From assembly GCA_016185685.1 (NCBI GenBank), contig JACPNC010000023.1, forward strand, positions 1 to 32,209: a DNA stretch of 32,209 bases, given 5' to 3'. Positions 1-8,468 of this stretch are shown here, one piece after another; the first letter of the stretch is position 1; the number at the start of each line of letters is the position of its first letter. The notes beneath the pieces are model-generated. The model worked only from the letters and a program-made list of their open reading frames with translations. It was not told the DNA's origin and did not search any database. Source of the stretch: Candidatus Woesearchaeota archaeon (GTDB lineage Archaea; Nanobdellota; Nanobdellia; Woesearchaeales; GW2011-AR9). A program made the position numbers and the translations under genes.

Positions 1-1
1 G

Positions 2-295
2 CAGGAAATGAATATTTTCTCTCTGCTGAATGAGAAATATGGTCAAGGAGAAAATCTAGTGTTTGATTTTAACGGAGTAGTTATGGGGATTTGTATCTAC
101 CAAAGCGCTTCTGGAGTAAAACAATTATTTCCAAAAGCAAAAGTGAATGTAATTGCTGATGCATGCACTCATTTAGTGTTTGCTCCGCTGGGAATTGAGA
201 ATGAGGCAATGGGAAATGATGTTGCAAAAAGAATGTGCCAGCAGATTGGAATTAATTATGTTACAACAAAAGAGTTTTTGGGGGTTAAAGAATGA
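2..295 (+). CDS. 3' end of a CDS probably starting upstream of the window (or a 95-aa ORF from ATG 8); product unknown
   Basis: The frame is open from base 2. The stop overlaps the next start (ATGA at 292-295), implying translational coupling with the GNAT gene. I recognise no diagnostic motif. Confidence 0.4.
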   Translation, partial: QEMNIFSLLNEKYGQGENLVFDFNGVVMGICIYQSASGVKQLFPKAKVNVIADACTHLVFAPLGIENEAMGNDVAKRMCQQIGINYVTTKEFLGVKE

Positions 296-861
296 CAGAA
301 GTAACCCTGCGTCTTTTAGACATTAATCGTGACTTAGAACACATCATGAGCTGGATAAATGATTCAAACATTGTTAGCAACTTTGGATGGTTTGACGCGA
401 AAGTAACTCTGGAAAGTGAACGTGCCTATTTAGAGAAAATGCTCGCGAGCAAAAGCGATAAACTTTACTCTGTTTTTGACGAACAAAATCGTTACATTGG
501 ACAGACAGGAATTCACGAAATTGATTATCGCAATAAACATGCCAGGTTTGGCTTGATTATTGCAAGCAAAGAAGAATGGGGAAGAGGATACGGAAAAAAA
601 GTAGTTGAGGGCCTGCTTGATAAAGCTTTTAGTGAATTGAACTTGCACAAAGTTTGGGGTATGTTTGTCCAACAAAATCAAAAAGCACATCACCTCTTTG
701 TAGAAAAATGTGGTTTCAGAGTTGAAGGAGTGTTACAAGAAGAATATTTTCGTGACGGCAAATACCTTCCCATGGTACGTATTGGCATGACGGAAGAAGA
801 GTATGTTAAAGCTGGATGGAGAAAAGTACTGGAACAAAAAGATGGGCAAGAGGTTTCCTAA
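292..861 (+). CDS. GNAT family N-acetyltransferase (RimJ/RimL-like)
   Basis: The 189-aa ORF has a GNAT core reading ...ARFGLIIASKEEWGRGYGKKVVEGLLDKAF..LNLHKVWGMFVQQNQKAHHLFVEKCGFRVEGVL.., which matches the R/QxxGxG/A acetyl-CoA loop and the C-terminal beta-strands typical of RimL-type enzymes. Confidence 0.85.
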   Translation: MTEVTLRLLDINRDLEHIMSWINDSNIVSNFGWFDAKVTLESERAYLEKMLASKSDKLYSVFDEQNRYIGQTGIHEIDYRNKHARFGLIIASKEEWGRGYGKKVVEGLLDKAFSELNLHKVWGMFVQQNQKAHHLFVEKCGFRVEGVLQEEYFRDGKYLPMVRIGMTEEEYVKAGWRKVLEQKDGQEVS

Positions 862-863
862 GC

Positions 864-2984
864 ATGGCAACCGTAGTAAGTGAAACTTCAGAAAACGGTT
901 TAGAAACACTTATAAAAAAAGAATCACGAGGAAAAAACACTATGAAAGATCTCCCTAACATGAAAATAGCTTTAGCCCAGATGGAAGTTATTCCCGGACA
1001 AGCTCGAAAAAACATAGCAAAAATGCTCAGCATGATTAAAGAAGCAAAACAAGCAGGGGTTAACCTCATTGCCTTTCCTGAACTATGTGTAAGTGGCTAT
1101 TTGGTAGGAGATAAATTTCTGGAAGATGCTTTCTGCACAGATATGATGGAATATGATGAAGTACTGCGAAAAGCAAGTGCACCTGATGAAGTAACTGGAA
1201 AATCAGGAATTGCAATCGCCTATGGAAATATTTTTGTCGATAAAATACAAGAAGGGCATCATCCTAATGAAGACGGAAGAAGCAGAAAATATAATGCAGT
1301 ACGAATTTTTCAAAATGGAACAGCAGCATCAAGAACAAAAAAAATATCTTTCCTTCCTGAAGGCGTGCAGCCAAAAACTCTCTTGCCAAATTACCGTTTC
1401 TTTGACGATGAGAGATACTTCTCTTCTACTGAAAATACAGCAAAAGACTTCGGAGTTTCATTACGGGAACTTCTCCAACCATTTATGATCAGAGTTGACG
1501 ACAAGGAAATTCCGGTTGGTTTTGAAGTGTGTGAAGATCTCTGGTGTGAAGATTATCGTAAAGATGGCCAATCGCTCAATCCTACCAAGATGCTGATTCA
1601 AAATGGTGCAGAACTTATTGTGAACATTTCTGCCTCTCCTTGGACCTTCGGAAAAAATAATTCACGAGATAAACGCCTTACTTTCCTTAGAAAAGATTGT
1701 GGTGAAAAGTTTGTGCCTTTTTTATATGTAAATAATATCGGCGCGCAGAATAACGGTAAAAATATTGTTACTTTTGATGGCGGTTCTACAGTATATAATG
1801 CTGATGCAAAACCGATTGCTTTGTGTAAAGAAGCATATAGGGAAGAATTGCTTTTGGTAGAAACTGAAAAAATCGCGAGGAGTTCTGTTCTAGCAAGAGC
1901 AGAAAAACCGTACATTGCCCAGAAACTTGATGCTATCATTACAGGTATTCGTCATCTTAAAAATATTCAAGGTCGCGAAGAACATCCTAAATTCTTATTG
2001 GGCATGAGCGGAGGAGTAGATAGCAGTGTTGTAGCAGCGCTTCTCGTAATGGCAGTGGGTGCTGAAAAAGCTTTAGGGATAAATATTCCCACAGAATTTA
2101 ACTCAGAAGCAACAAAGTCTGCTGCGAAATATGTAGCAGAACAATTAGGTATTGCAGATATGGTACTTCCCATTTCTGAACTTACTGCAGTCAATGAAAA
2201 ACTTCTACAAATGTATACTCCTGACGGAAAGCCAAGAAAATTAACTGCCGTGCAGAAAGGCAACATTGCAGCGAAGATTAGGGGGACTAACATCCTTTCA
2301 AATCTCTCGCCCATGTACGGCGCGTTGTTTACAAATAATGGAAACAAGCTGGAAGTTGCATTGGGTTATGCTACATTGTACGGCGATGTCAATGGTGCGA
2401 TTGCCCCTCTTGCTGATTTAACCAAAACTGAAGTGTATGAACTTGCGAGATATCTCAATGAATCTTTCTTTGGCAGAGAAGTAATCCCTTGGAAATTAAT
2501 CCCTGATAGACTGCATCGCTTTAAAAAAGATGACATCATACCTTCTGCAGAATTAGAATTCAATCAAATTGATCCTATGAAATTCGGCTACCATGATGCT
2601 TTGCTGATGATGCTTACTGACTATCAAATCAAAACAGGAGAAGATTTTCTCCAATATTTCCTTGACGGAAATCTCGGGTTAAAAATAGAGCAAACACTTG
2701 GACAAATTCATCCGATAGAAGAAGGATTTGGTTATCAGTTGATGCAACGCTGGGGTGTGCATGATGCAAAAACATTCGTGGAAGATTTAGATTGGTTCCT
2801 GCCTTTGGTCACAACAAGCATTTTCAAGCGTGTACAAGCACCACCTATTATCATCACCAGCAAAACTGCTTTTGGGTATGATCGACGAGAAAGTATGCTC
2901 CCTTGGGTTCCTACACGGGCATACGAGAGATTGAAAGAAGAAATTTTAAAATTGGGAGAATATCAGCCATTAAAACTCTTATAA
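864..2984 (+). CDS. nadE: Glutamine-dependent NAD+ synthetase (N-terminal CN-hydrolase/glutaminase domain plus C-terminal PP-loop synthetase domain)
   Basis: CN-hydrolase motifs are present (AFPELCVSGY and GFEVCEDLW), as is the PP-loop (GMSGGVDSSV). The ORF-track start at 816 overlaps the GNAT gene. ATG 864 lies just after the GNAT stop, and ATG 942 (MKDLPNMKIALAQ) is an equally plausible start. Confidence 0.9.
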   Translation: MATVVSETSENGLETLIKKESRGKNTMKDLPNMKIALAQMEVIPGQARKNIAKMLSMIKEAKQAGVNLIAFPELCVSGYLVGDKFLEDAFCTDMMEYDEVLRKASAPDEVTGKSGIAIAYGNIFVDKIQEGHHPNEDGRSRKYNAVRIFQNGTAASRTKKISFLPEGVQPKTLLPNYRFFDDERYFSSTENTAKDFGVSLRELLQPFMIRVDDKEIPVGFEVCEDLWCEDYRKDGQSLNPTKMLIQNGAELIVNISASPWTFGKNNSRDKRLTFLRKDCGEKFVPFLYVNNIGAQNNGKNIVTFDGGSTVYNADAKPIALCKEAYREELLLVETEKIARSSVLARAEKPYIAQKLDAIITGIRHLKNIQGREEHPKFLLGMSGGVDSSVVAALLVMAVGAEKALGINIPTEFNSEATKSAAKYVAEQLGIADMVLPISELTAVNEKLLQMYTPDGKPRKLTAVQKGNIAAKIRGTNILSNLSPMYGALFTNNGNKLEVALGYATLYGDVNGAIAPLADLTKTEVYELARYLNESFFGREVIPWKLIPDRLHRFKKDDIIPSAELEFNQIDPMKFGYHDALLMMLTDYQIKTGEDFLQYFLDGNLGLKIEQTLGQIHPIEEGFGYQLMQRWGVHDAKTFVEDLDWFLPLVTTSIFKRVQAPPIIITSKTAFGYDRRESMLPWVPTRAYERLKEEILKLGEYQPLKLL

Positions 2985-3364
2985 AAAGCAAGTGATAGTT
3001 TAGTCAAATATGCGGGATTTCGTAGGACCGTAGTAAGGTGAATTATTCACTATCAAAATAGATTTTTCTTTTCCATTATACGACGCATGCGTTGCCAACG
3101 GAATTAACTACACTATTTTCTTGCTAATGGCAACAACCATCTCAGCAGCGGTATCAGGCGTCTTGTCTAGGTAGCGCCGGAGCTTTCCATAGGAAAGTCA
3201 CGAACGGAGCAGGGTGGAGTAAGTGAAAAAGAACAGCAACAAGCTGTGGATTTTCTTTAAAGAGACATTTTGCAAAAAAAAATAGATACAAAACTGTTGT
3301 TCTACTCTTGAAGTTTTTTTCTTTTTTTTTGTTATTTTTTTGTATTTCTCCAAAATATTTCTTT
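2985..3364. other. 380-nt non-coding gap with a GC-rich (about 55%) core at 3128-3235; candidate structured RNA of undetermined identity and strand
   Basis: No ORF longer than about 10 codons occurs in the GC-rich core. There is a 7-bp stem gttgcca (3091-3097) / tggcaac (3128-3134) and a hairpin gctttcc-ata-ggaaagt (3182-3198). AGGAAAGTC (3191-3199) followed by GCAGGGTG (3209-3216) recalls RNase P RNA CR-I, but I found no matching CR-V/P4 partner. Confidence 0.3.
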
Positions 3365-3685
3365 TCAGATAGTCACGCCTTCCTTCAAAATCATCTTCAT
3401 ATAACTGTTCTCTTTTTTCTTCAGAGCAAATTCCTGAGGAGTATAACAAAACATCTCCAGAGGAGGTTTATATTTCCATCCTTTAGAGCTTAGATACATT
3501 CGCTCTAGAAAAGGAACGTCTTGAAAATATTTAGACACAAGTAATACATCAACATCGCTATGCTTCAACGCATCACCTCGTGCACGGCTGCCATAAAGAA
3601 TCATTTTTTCTACTTTCATTTTTTTGGAAAGGATGACCTTGAAACTCTTCAATTGTTTTACAATTCCAATTTCTGCTTTACCCAT
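3365..3685 (-). CDS. Minimal nucleotidyltransferase (MNT), antitoxin-type partner of the HEPN protein
   Basis: The motif LYGSRARGDALKHSDVDVLLVS fits the Pol-beta-fold NTase signature G-S-x(9-13)-D-x-D. The gene overlaps the upstream HEPN gene by 28 nt. Confidence 0.85.
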   Translation of the reverse strand: MGKAEIGIVKQLKSFKVILSKKMKVEKMILYGSRARGDALKHSDVDVLLVSKYFQDVPFLERMYLSSKGWKYKPPLEMFCYTPQEFALKKKENSYMKMILKEGVTI

Positions 3686-4038
3686 GCAATAACCTCCACT
3701 GCTTTTCTTAGGTGTGTAGAAGAAGTACTTTCTGTATGAACTTCTGCAGGAACTCCGGAAGCAGCATCAGGATAGCGAGAAACAGCGTATTCAGGATTAA
3801 GCAGGGCACAAGCATCAAATATTTCTCTTGGCGCTTTTGCATCTTTTGCAAAATAAATTAAACTGTGGCCTAACGCAGGTTCTTTGTGCGTATGCAAATA
3901 TAATGCTTTTAGAGCTTTCTCTGCTGCTTGTTGCGACCAAAAAGAGCAAGCATAATACTTTTTATTCTTGAGATCTACCTTAGCTGTTTCTAAGTCTTCA
4001 ACAGCTTGTTTCCACCAATCAAGTGCTTCTTTGCGCAT
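3658..4038 (-). CDS. HEPN domain protein (HEPN-MNT module)
   Basis: The 126-aa helical protein has a typical HEPN N-terminus (A..WWKQAVEDLETAK..L....Y.ACSFWSQQAAEKALKALYL). Its position immediately 5' of an MNT gene, with overlap, supports the call. Confidence 0.8.
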   Translation of the reverse strand: MRKEALDWWKQAVEDLETAKVDLKNKKYYACSFWSQQAAEKALKALYLHTHKEPALGHSLIYFAKDAKAPREIFDACALLNPEYAVSRYPDAASGVPAEVHTESTSSTHLRKAVEVIAWVKQKLEL

Positions 4039-4320
4039 AGATTTCAGATGTCAAACTTCTTTAAATAACTTTCTAAATAATTCTTTGTCCAAAATGTAAA
4101 TCTAATAAGATTACAAAAAAAGGCTTTCGCCATAACATTGTCAAAAATAAAAAATCATCTTCACCAGCATGATAATATCAAAGCACCACAATATTTATAT
4201 ATAAGTGTGTATCTTACACTAAGTATTAAAAAAGTAGAAAAACAAAAAGAGAAGAAAAAGAGATTAAAAAAAACAAAAATAAAAAAGATTAGAAATAAAC
4301 AAAATTTAGAGAGGCAGAGC

Positions 4321-4767
4321 ATGACTCAAAAACATCGACCACAAAATCATCTTACTACAGACATAATTTATCATCATAATTCTACGCCAGGAATTGTTCT
4401 CATCACCAGAAAAAATCCTCCTTACGGAATAGCTATCCCGGGAGGTTTTCTTGAAGAAGATGTAACTCTGGCAGAAAATGCCATGAAAGAACTTCAGGAA
4501 GAAACAGGTATAGTTGCGCTGATAACTAAAAAGAATCTTTTTAACATTTATGATACCCCTAACCGTGATCCACGAGGAAGGATGGTAAGCCACGTGTATG
4601 CGATTGAGGGAAATGCTTTACCTACTGCTGGAGATGATGCAGCAACTGCTAGAGTATACAGCATTGCAGAGATAGTTTCTTCTTTACAGCAAAACAAATT
4701 TGCTTTTGATCATGAAAAAATCTTGTGCGATTATCTGAAAGAAAAAAGATATCTCAAACAGATGTGA
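4321..4767 (+). CDS. Nudix hydrolase, ADP-ribose pyrophosphatase-like (resembles the Nudix half of NadM-Nudix proteins)
   Basis: The Nudix box is GGFLEEDVTLAENAMKELQEETGI, and RDPRGRMVS and FAFDHEKIL motifs follow. Start chosen at ATG 4321 (MTQKHRP), preceded by gagagg. The ORF-track start at 4138 only adds a Lys-rich translation of an A-rich spacer. Confidence 0.8.
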   Translation: MTQKHRPQNHLTTDIIYHHNSTPGIVLITRKNPPYGIAIPGGFLEEDVTLAENAMKELQEETGIVALITKKNLFNIYDTPNRDPRGRMVSHVYAIEGNALPTAGDDAATARVYSIAEIVSSLQQNKFAFDHEKILCDYLKEKRYLKQM

Positions 4768-4771
4768 AACT

Positions 4772-5398
4772 ATGACTAAACCCTACCAACGCCTCGGCGT
4801 AATTGGAAGATTTAAACCTTTACATAAAGGGGGAGCAGTGATGCTAGAAACACTTTGTGAAAAAGCAGACCATGTCATCATCGGCATTGGCAGTAGTAAT
4901 AAGTACAATGTGAGAAATCCATTTACAGCGGAAGAATCTCAAGCCATGGTGGAAGCATTCTTATCTTCTCGTTTTAATAATTATGAAATTCTTTATGTGC
5001 CTGATTTTGCTCATATTTCAGGATATGAAGATGGGCAACAATGGCGCGTATATGTGAAAGAACATTTTGGAAAATTGGATGCTTTTGTCTCTGGAAATTC
5101 CTACGTGGGCGATTTGTTAAAAGAAGACTATCCTATTATTCACCCTGCAGATTTAATCTCTGCTGATAAAAAAATAATGATGCGAGGAAGTGCGGTGCGT
5201 TTAGAAATGGCCCGTGGGGGAGATGCTTGGAAAGAAATGGTTCCAGAAAACGTTGCAAAATACCTAGTTGAAAATAAACTTATTAATCGTTTTAGAAAAG
5301 AGTTTGGATTGCAAACCTTAATTGCGCTTGTAGATGGTGTAGAATATACACGTTCAGAAACAGAAGAAGAAGAAAAAGAACATCCAAAAGAAGAATAA
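4772..5398 (+). CDS. nadM: Archaeal-type nicotinamide/nicotinate mononucleotide adenylyltransferase (NadM family) with a variant HxGH motif
   Basis: GVIGRFKPLHKGG..HVIIGIGSSNKYNVRNPFTAEE parallels archaeal NMNAT (GRFQPFHKGH...IIGIGSAQ....NPFTAGER). The C-terminal GSAVRLEM..G..W.EMVPENVAKYL parallels the ISGTEIR region. Confidence 0.8.
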   Translation: MTKPYQRLGVIGRFKPLHKGGAVMLETLCEKADHVIIGIGSSNKYNVRNPFTAEESQAMVEAFLSSRFNNYEILYVPDFAHISGYEDGQQWRVYVKEHFGKLDAFVSGNSYVGDLLKEDYPIIHPADLISADKKIMMRGSAVRLEMARGGDAWKEMVPENVAKYLVENKLINRFRKEFGLQTLIALVDGVEYTRSETEEEEKEHPKEE

Positions 5399-5449
5399 AA
5401 ATTAAGATTCAAATAAAAAAAATCAAAAACACAAAACAACAAACAAACC

Positions 5450-6229
5450 ATGACAACTATCGGCAATTATAAAATTGTACGAGAAATCGCTGAAGGCGGA
5501 TTTGGTAGAACATACGAAGCGCGCCATCTTCTACTTGATGAAAAAGCCTGCTTAAAACAAAACTTAAAAGTAACTCCTGAAGATGAAAAACTTCTGCGCC
5601 AAGAAGCAAAATTGTTATGGAATATCCAACATTATTCTCTCCCAGCAATGCGCGATTATTTTAAGATTTCTGATGGGAGTTTTATTATGGCCATGAGTTT
5701 TGTAGAAGGAAAAACTCTTGAACACAGTGTAAAAAAACATACTGCCATCCATCCTGAAGATGTCTGTTGGATTTCACAACGAGTATTAAACGCATTAAAT
5801 TACTTGCATTATCATGGAATTATTCATGGAGATGTAAAACCAGCAAATATCATCGTTCAGCCGCAGTTACATAATGCATTTCTTGTTGATTATGGTCTTT
5901 CCAGCTTGCGACCAAAACGGTACTCTGCTACTATCGGGTATACCCCAGTATTTGCTGCGCCGGAATTTACCCAAGGAAAAACGCCCTTGCCCTCATCAGA
6001 TTTGTATTCACTTGGTCTTACCATGATATACGCTTTAGGAGGAGATCCTATTGCAAAAAGTATGCCAAATCACGTTCCACAACCCATTCAAGATTTTTTC
6101 AAACAGTTTGTTGTTTATGATCCATTGGATAGACCAGATTGGCAGAAAAAAGATTTGGTAGAACGGTTGTCAGACATTCGCTATGAAGTTTTTGGACGCA
6201 GACACGTAGCTGAATCAACAAAGAAGTGA
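5450..6229 (+). CDS. Hanks-type Ser/Thr protein kinase (cytoplasmic, kinase domain only)
   Basis: All core kinase elements are present: G-loop AEGGFGRTY, catalytic-Lys region ACLKQ, catalytic loop HGDVKPANIIV, DYG (DFG equivalent) and FAAPE. Confidence 0.85.
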   Translation: MTTIGNYKIVREIAEGGFGRTYEARHLLLDEKACLKQNLKVTPEDEKLLRQEAKLLWNIQHYSLPAMRDYFKISDGSFIMAMSFVEGKTLEHSVKKHTAIHPEDVCWISQRVLNALNYLHYHGIIHGDVKPANIIVQPQLHNAFLVDYGLSSLRPKRYSATIGYTPVFAAPEFTQGKTPLPSSDLYSLGLTMIYALGGDPIAKSMPNHVPQPIQDFFKQFVVYDPLDRPDWQKKDLVERLSDIRYEVFGRRHVAESTKK

Positions 6230-6332
6230 ATTACTAAAAAAAGTAAAACTACGATTAAAAAAGTAAATTTAAAACAAATTTGTAAAAAAATTGAGCTAGC
6301 GGATGCTCTCAAAAAATACCGCGGAGGAAAAC

Positions 6333-7304
6333 ATGTACAGCTGGGGATCAGACGATACAGCCGGATGGAAAAATCCGGGAGGGTACAAGTACGACGAAGC
6401 AAAAGCACCATATTTAGAAGATTTGGCTAAAAAAGCTGAAAAAGAAGGACCAAGAACTTATCTAAAAAAGAGAGAACCAGACATGAAACAGGTGGATCCG
6501 AAAGGAAAAACTATTTCCACTCAAAGCAAAAATCCCATCATTTTTGGAATTGATGGCACCGGCTCAATGCAGAAATGGCCGGCAGAATTTTTTGACCGCG
6601 CACCATTGTTGTACCAAACATTGTCGCAATATCGTGATGATGTGGAAATCTCTTTTTCAGTCATCGGTGATGCTATAGCAGATGATTTCCCTCTACAGGT
6701 GGCAGACTTTGACAAAGGAGTTGCTTTGGATGCAAAACTAAAAGCATTGCATGGCGAAGGCAGAGGAGGACCAGGAATTCGTGAAAGTTATGAGCTCTTT
6801 GCTTATTTTATGCTGGAACATGCAGAAACGCCAAAAGCAGAAAAGCCATTCTTATTTATTCTTGGCGATGAAAAATTTTACGATGCCGTAAACCCTGCAC
6901 AAGTAGAGAAATACATTGGCGATAAACCTCAAGAGATGTCTTCCATAAAAGTATGGCAGGAATTAGCAAAAAGATACGACATTCGCCTTTTGCATAAAGA
7001 ATATCCAGGAAGAGATGAAGAAGTCCTAACACAGTGGCGTGAGGCAATAGGAACGCAGAACATTGTTCCCATCTATGATTCTTTGCGGGTCGTGGATGTA
7101 GCTATGGGTTTAGTTGCAAAAAGCTGGGGACATTTTGATGATTTTGAAAAGAATCTAGGTGCGCGTCAGGATGAAGAAGGAGTAAGTACAGTGATGCAAT
7201 CAGTACGTGCTGCTCCAGAGTTTGCAGAAGGAATTAAATCCATCTACAAAGGAGCTGTTGCCATTGGCAAGAGCAATAAAAGTAAAAGCCTTATTAAAAA
7301 GTAA
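6333..7304 (+). CDS. von Willebrand factor A (vWA)-like domain protein
   Basis: A MIDAS-like motif IIFGIDGTGSM is followed by alternating hydrophobic strands (ISFSVIGD, FLFILGDE). Start chosen at ATG 6333, preceded by GGAGG (6323-6327). The ORF track starts at 6303. Confidence 0.65.
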   Translation: MYSWGSDDTAGWKNPGGYKYDEAKAPYLEDLAKKAEKEGPRTYLKKREPDMKQVDPKGKTISTQSKNPIIFGIDGTGSMQKWPAEFFDRAPLLYQTLSQYRDDVEISFSVIGDAIADDFPLQVADFDKGVALDAKLKALHGEGRGGPGIRESYELFAYFMLEHAETPKAEKPFLFILGDEKFYDAVNPAQVEKYIGDKPQEMSSIKVWQELAKRYDIRLLHKEYPGRDEEVLTQWREAIGTQNIVPIYDSLRVVDVAMGLVAKSWGHFDDFEKNLGARQDEEGVSTVMQSVRAAPEFAEGIKSIYKGAVAIGKSNKSKSLIKK

Positions 7305-7383
7305 ATAAGGATAAAAAAACAAATAAAAAACAAAATAATTTGAAAAACTGAATGAAATGAAGTTTTTCAAAAGGAGGAAAAAA

Positions 7384-8256
7384 ATGGTAACTAAAAAAAT
7401 ATACGATACAACGGGAAAAATTTTTGAACAAGCGAGTAAATTGTACCAGCCCGGACTACTGGAAGATCTCAAACGTATTGAGCCGGGAGAAATTGTAGTT
7501 GTACGTGGGGAATATGATCACGTTGAAGTCTTGCTAGATACATTAAAAATTCCCTACGAAACAATCGGCAAAGAAGAACTGGGAAGCAACAATAGCGGTA
7601 GAGTACTGCTTGCAAATTGTGCAACCTATAGTTCAGTGCCAAAAGAAGTCAAGGAAGGAGTAGAAGCTTTTGTCGCTGACGGAGGAAGATTAGTAAGTAC
7701 GGATTGGTCTTTGGGATTAGTAACAAAAGTCTTTCCAGGTAAGCTAACAATGACAAAAAAAACTGGTGACGATGTAGTAGAGATAGAATGCCCGACAGAT
7801 ATCGCCAGAAGATTCATTGGCATGAATTACGCCCAATGCAAACCTCAATGGTGGTTGGAAAGTAGTAGTGATGTGTACGACATCGGTGAGGGAGTTACAC
7901 CGATAATAACCAGCGAAGAAATGGAAACAAAATATGGCAAACCTTATGTTGCGGTTGGTTTTCCTCATGGTAAAGGGGAAGTTTTCCATTTCATTAGCCA
8001 TTTGGAATTGCAGAGGACTCGACAGAAAACTAAAGAACAGTCAGGTAACCTGGATGATTTCCTCAAGAAGATGAAAGTAGAAAAGACAGCTGAGATGGAT
8101 GACGCAACCGTTGCAGAATTAGAAGCGGCATATAGTACTTTAAGTACGGTTGCTTATCTTTGTCTGAGAACTCCCGTGCTCAATAGCGAAGGGAAGAGTG
8201 TGTACTTGGGAGCTTCCAAGAAAAGTGAAGGGCCAAAAAGCATGAAATTGGCATAA
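7384..8256 (+). CDS. Conserved-looking hypothetical protein, third gene of the kinase-vWA cluster
   Basis: Long ORF. AGGAGG (7372-7377) lies 6 nt before ATG 7384, whereas the ORF track starts at 7357. I recognise no motif. The alpha/beta-like N-terminal half (VVVRGEYDHVEVLL...VLLANC...AFVADGGRLVSTDW) is vaguely reminiscent of GATase1/ThuA-like folds, which is a weak impression only. Confidence 0.55.
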   Translation: MVTKKIYDTTGKIFEQASKLYQPGLLEDLKRIEPGEIVVVRGEYDHVEVLLDTLKIPYETIGKEELGSNNSGRVLLANCATYSSVPKEVKEGVEAFVADGGRLVSTDWSLGLVTKVFPGKLTMTKKTGDDVVEIECPTDIARRFIGMNYAQCKPQWWLESSSDVYDIGEGVTPIITSEEMETKYGKPYVAVGFPHGKGEVFHFISHLELQRTRQKTKEQSGNLDDFLKKMKVEKTAEMDDATVAELEAAYSTLSTVAYLCLRTPVLNSEGKSVYLGASKKSEGPKSMKLA

Positions 8257-8280
8257 AGTAGAAACAAAGCAGGCAAAAAG

Positions 8281-8309
8281 TTGTTTTTTTATTTTTTTAT
8301 TTTATTTTT
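8281..8309 (+). terminator. Oligo-T tract, likely archaeal transcription terminator for the 7384-8256 gene
   Basis: The sequence ttgtttttttatttttttattttattttt begins 25 nt after the stop codon. Archaeal RNA polymerase terminates at oligo-T runs. Confidence 0.45.
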
Positions 8310-8320
8310 AAGAGAGTTAT

Positions 8321-8361
8321 AGTAATTGTGAAATATTTCCGAACATTTGTTCACAATTACT
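8321..8361. repeat. Perfect 12-bp inverted repeat (hairpin 1) with a 17-nt spacer
   Basis: agtaattgtgaa (8321-8332) is the exact reverse complement of ttcacaattact (8350-8361). Confidence 0.9.
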
Positions 8362-8363
8362 AA

Positions 8364-8408
8364 TAGCAAATGTGTGATAAAAATATTCGATACTTAACAC
8401 ATTTGCTA
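8364..8408. repeat. Perfect 12-bp inverted repeat (hairpin 2) with a 21-nt spacer, abutting the TATA-like region of the next gene
   Basis: tagcaaatgtgt (8364-8375) is the exact reverse complement of acacatttgcta (8397-8408). The sequence ctatatg follows immediately. Confidence 0.9.
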
Positions 8409-8468
8409 TATGAAAGAAATTAAAAAAAAATACTTGAAATACAGACAAAAAAATCAGAGAGGCAAAAT

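Noticed and set aside
816-863. The ORF-track start of nadE at 816, overlapping the GNAT gene by 46 nt
   Set aside because: The extra residues (MEKSTGTKRWARGFLS) are not NadE-like. In-frame ATGs at 864 and 942 avoid the overlap, and the conserved domain starts at MKIALAQ.
430-2563. Minus-strand and alternative-frame ORFs inside the GNAT and nadE genes (430-693, 806-1069, 1210-1488, 1598-1939, 1967-2347, 2366-2563)
   Set aside because: They lie entirely within strongly motif-supported plus-strand CDS. Their compositions are odd (Phe/Ser/Leu-rich) with no motifs. They are typical shadow ORFs of an AT-rich genome.
3191-3216. A firm call of an RNase P RNA gene from the AGGAAAGTC...GCAGGGTG string
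   Set aside because: The GGAAAGT segment is itself the 3' arm of a local hairpin. I found no CR-V (ACAGAA..GGCUUA-like) or P4 partner, nor a P1 closing helix, within about 300 nt on either side. It is kept only as a candidate structured RNA.
3198-3493. ORFs 3198-3449 (-) and 3308-3493 (+)
   Set aside because: They translate homopolymeric A/T runs (KKKKK or FFFLLFF) in the spacer and overlap the 3' end of the MNT gene, with no supporting motif.
4138-4320. A 61-aa Lys-rich N-terminal extension of the Nudix ORF
   Set aside because: It is a translation of an A-rich promoter-like spacer (KKVEKQKEKKKRLKKTKIKKIRNK). The Nudix fold begins after Met at 4321, which has a purine-rich RBS-like sequence.
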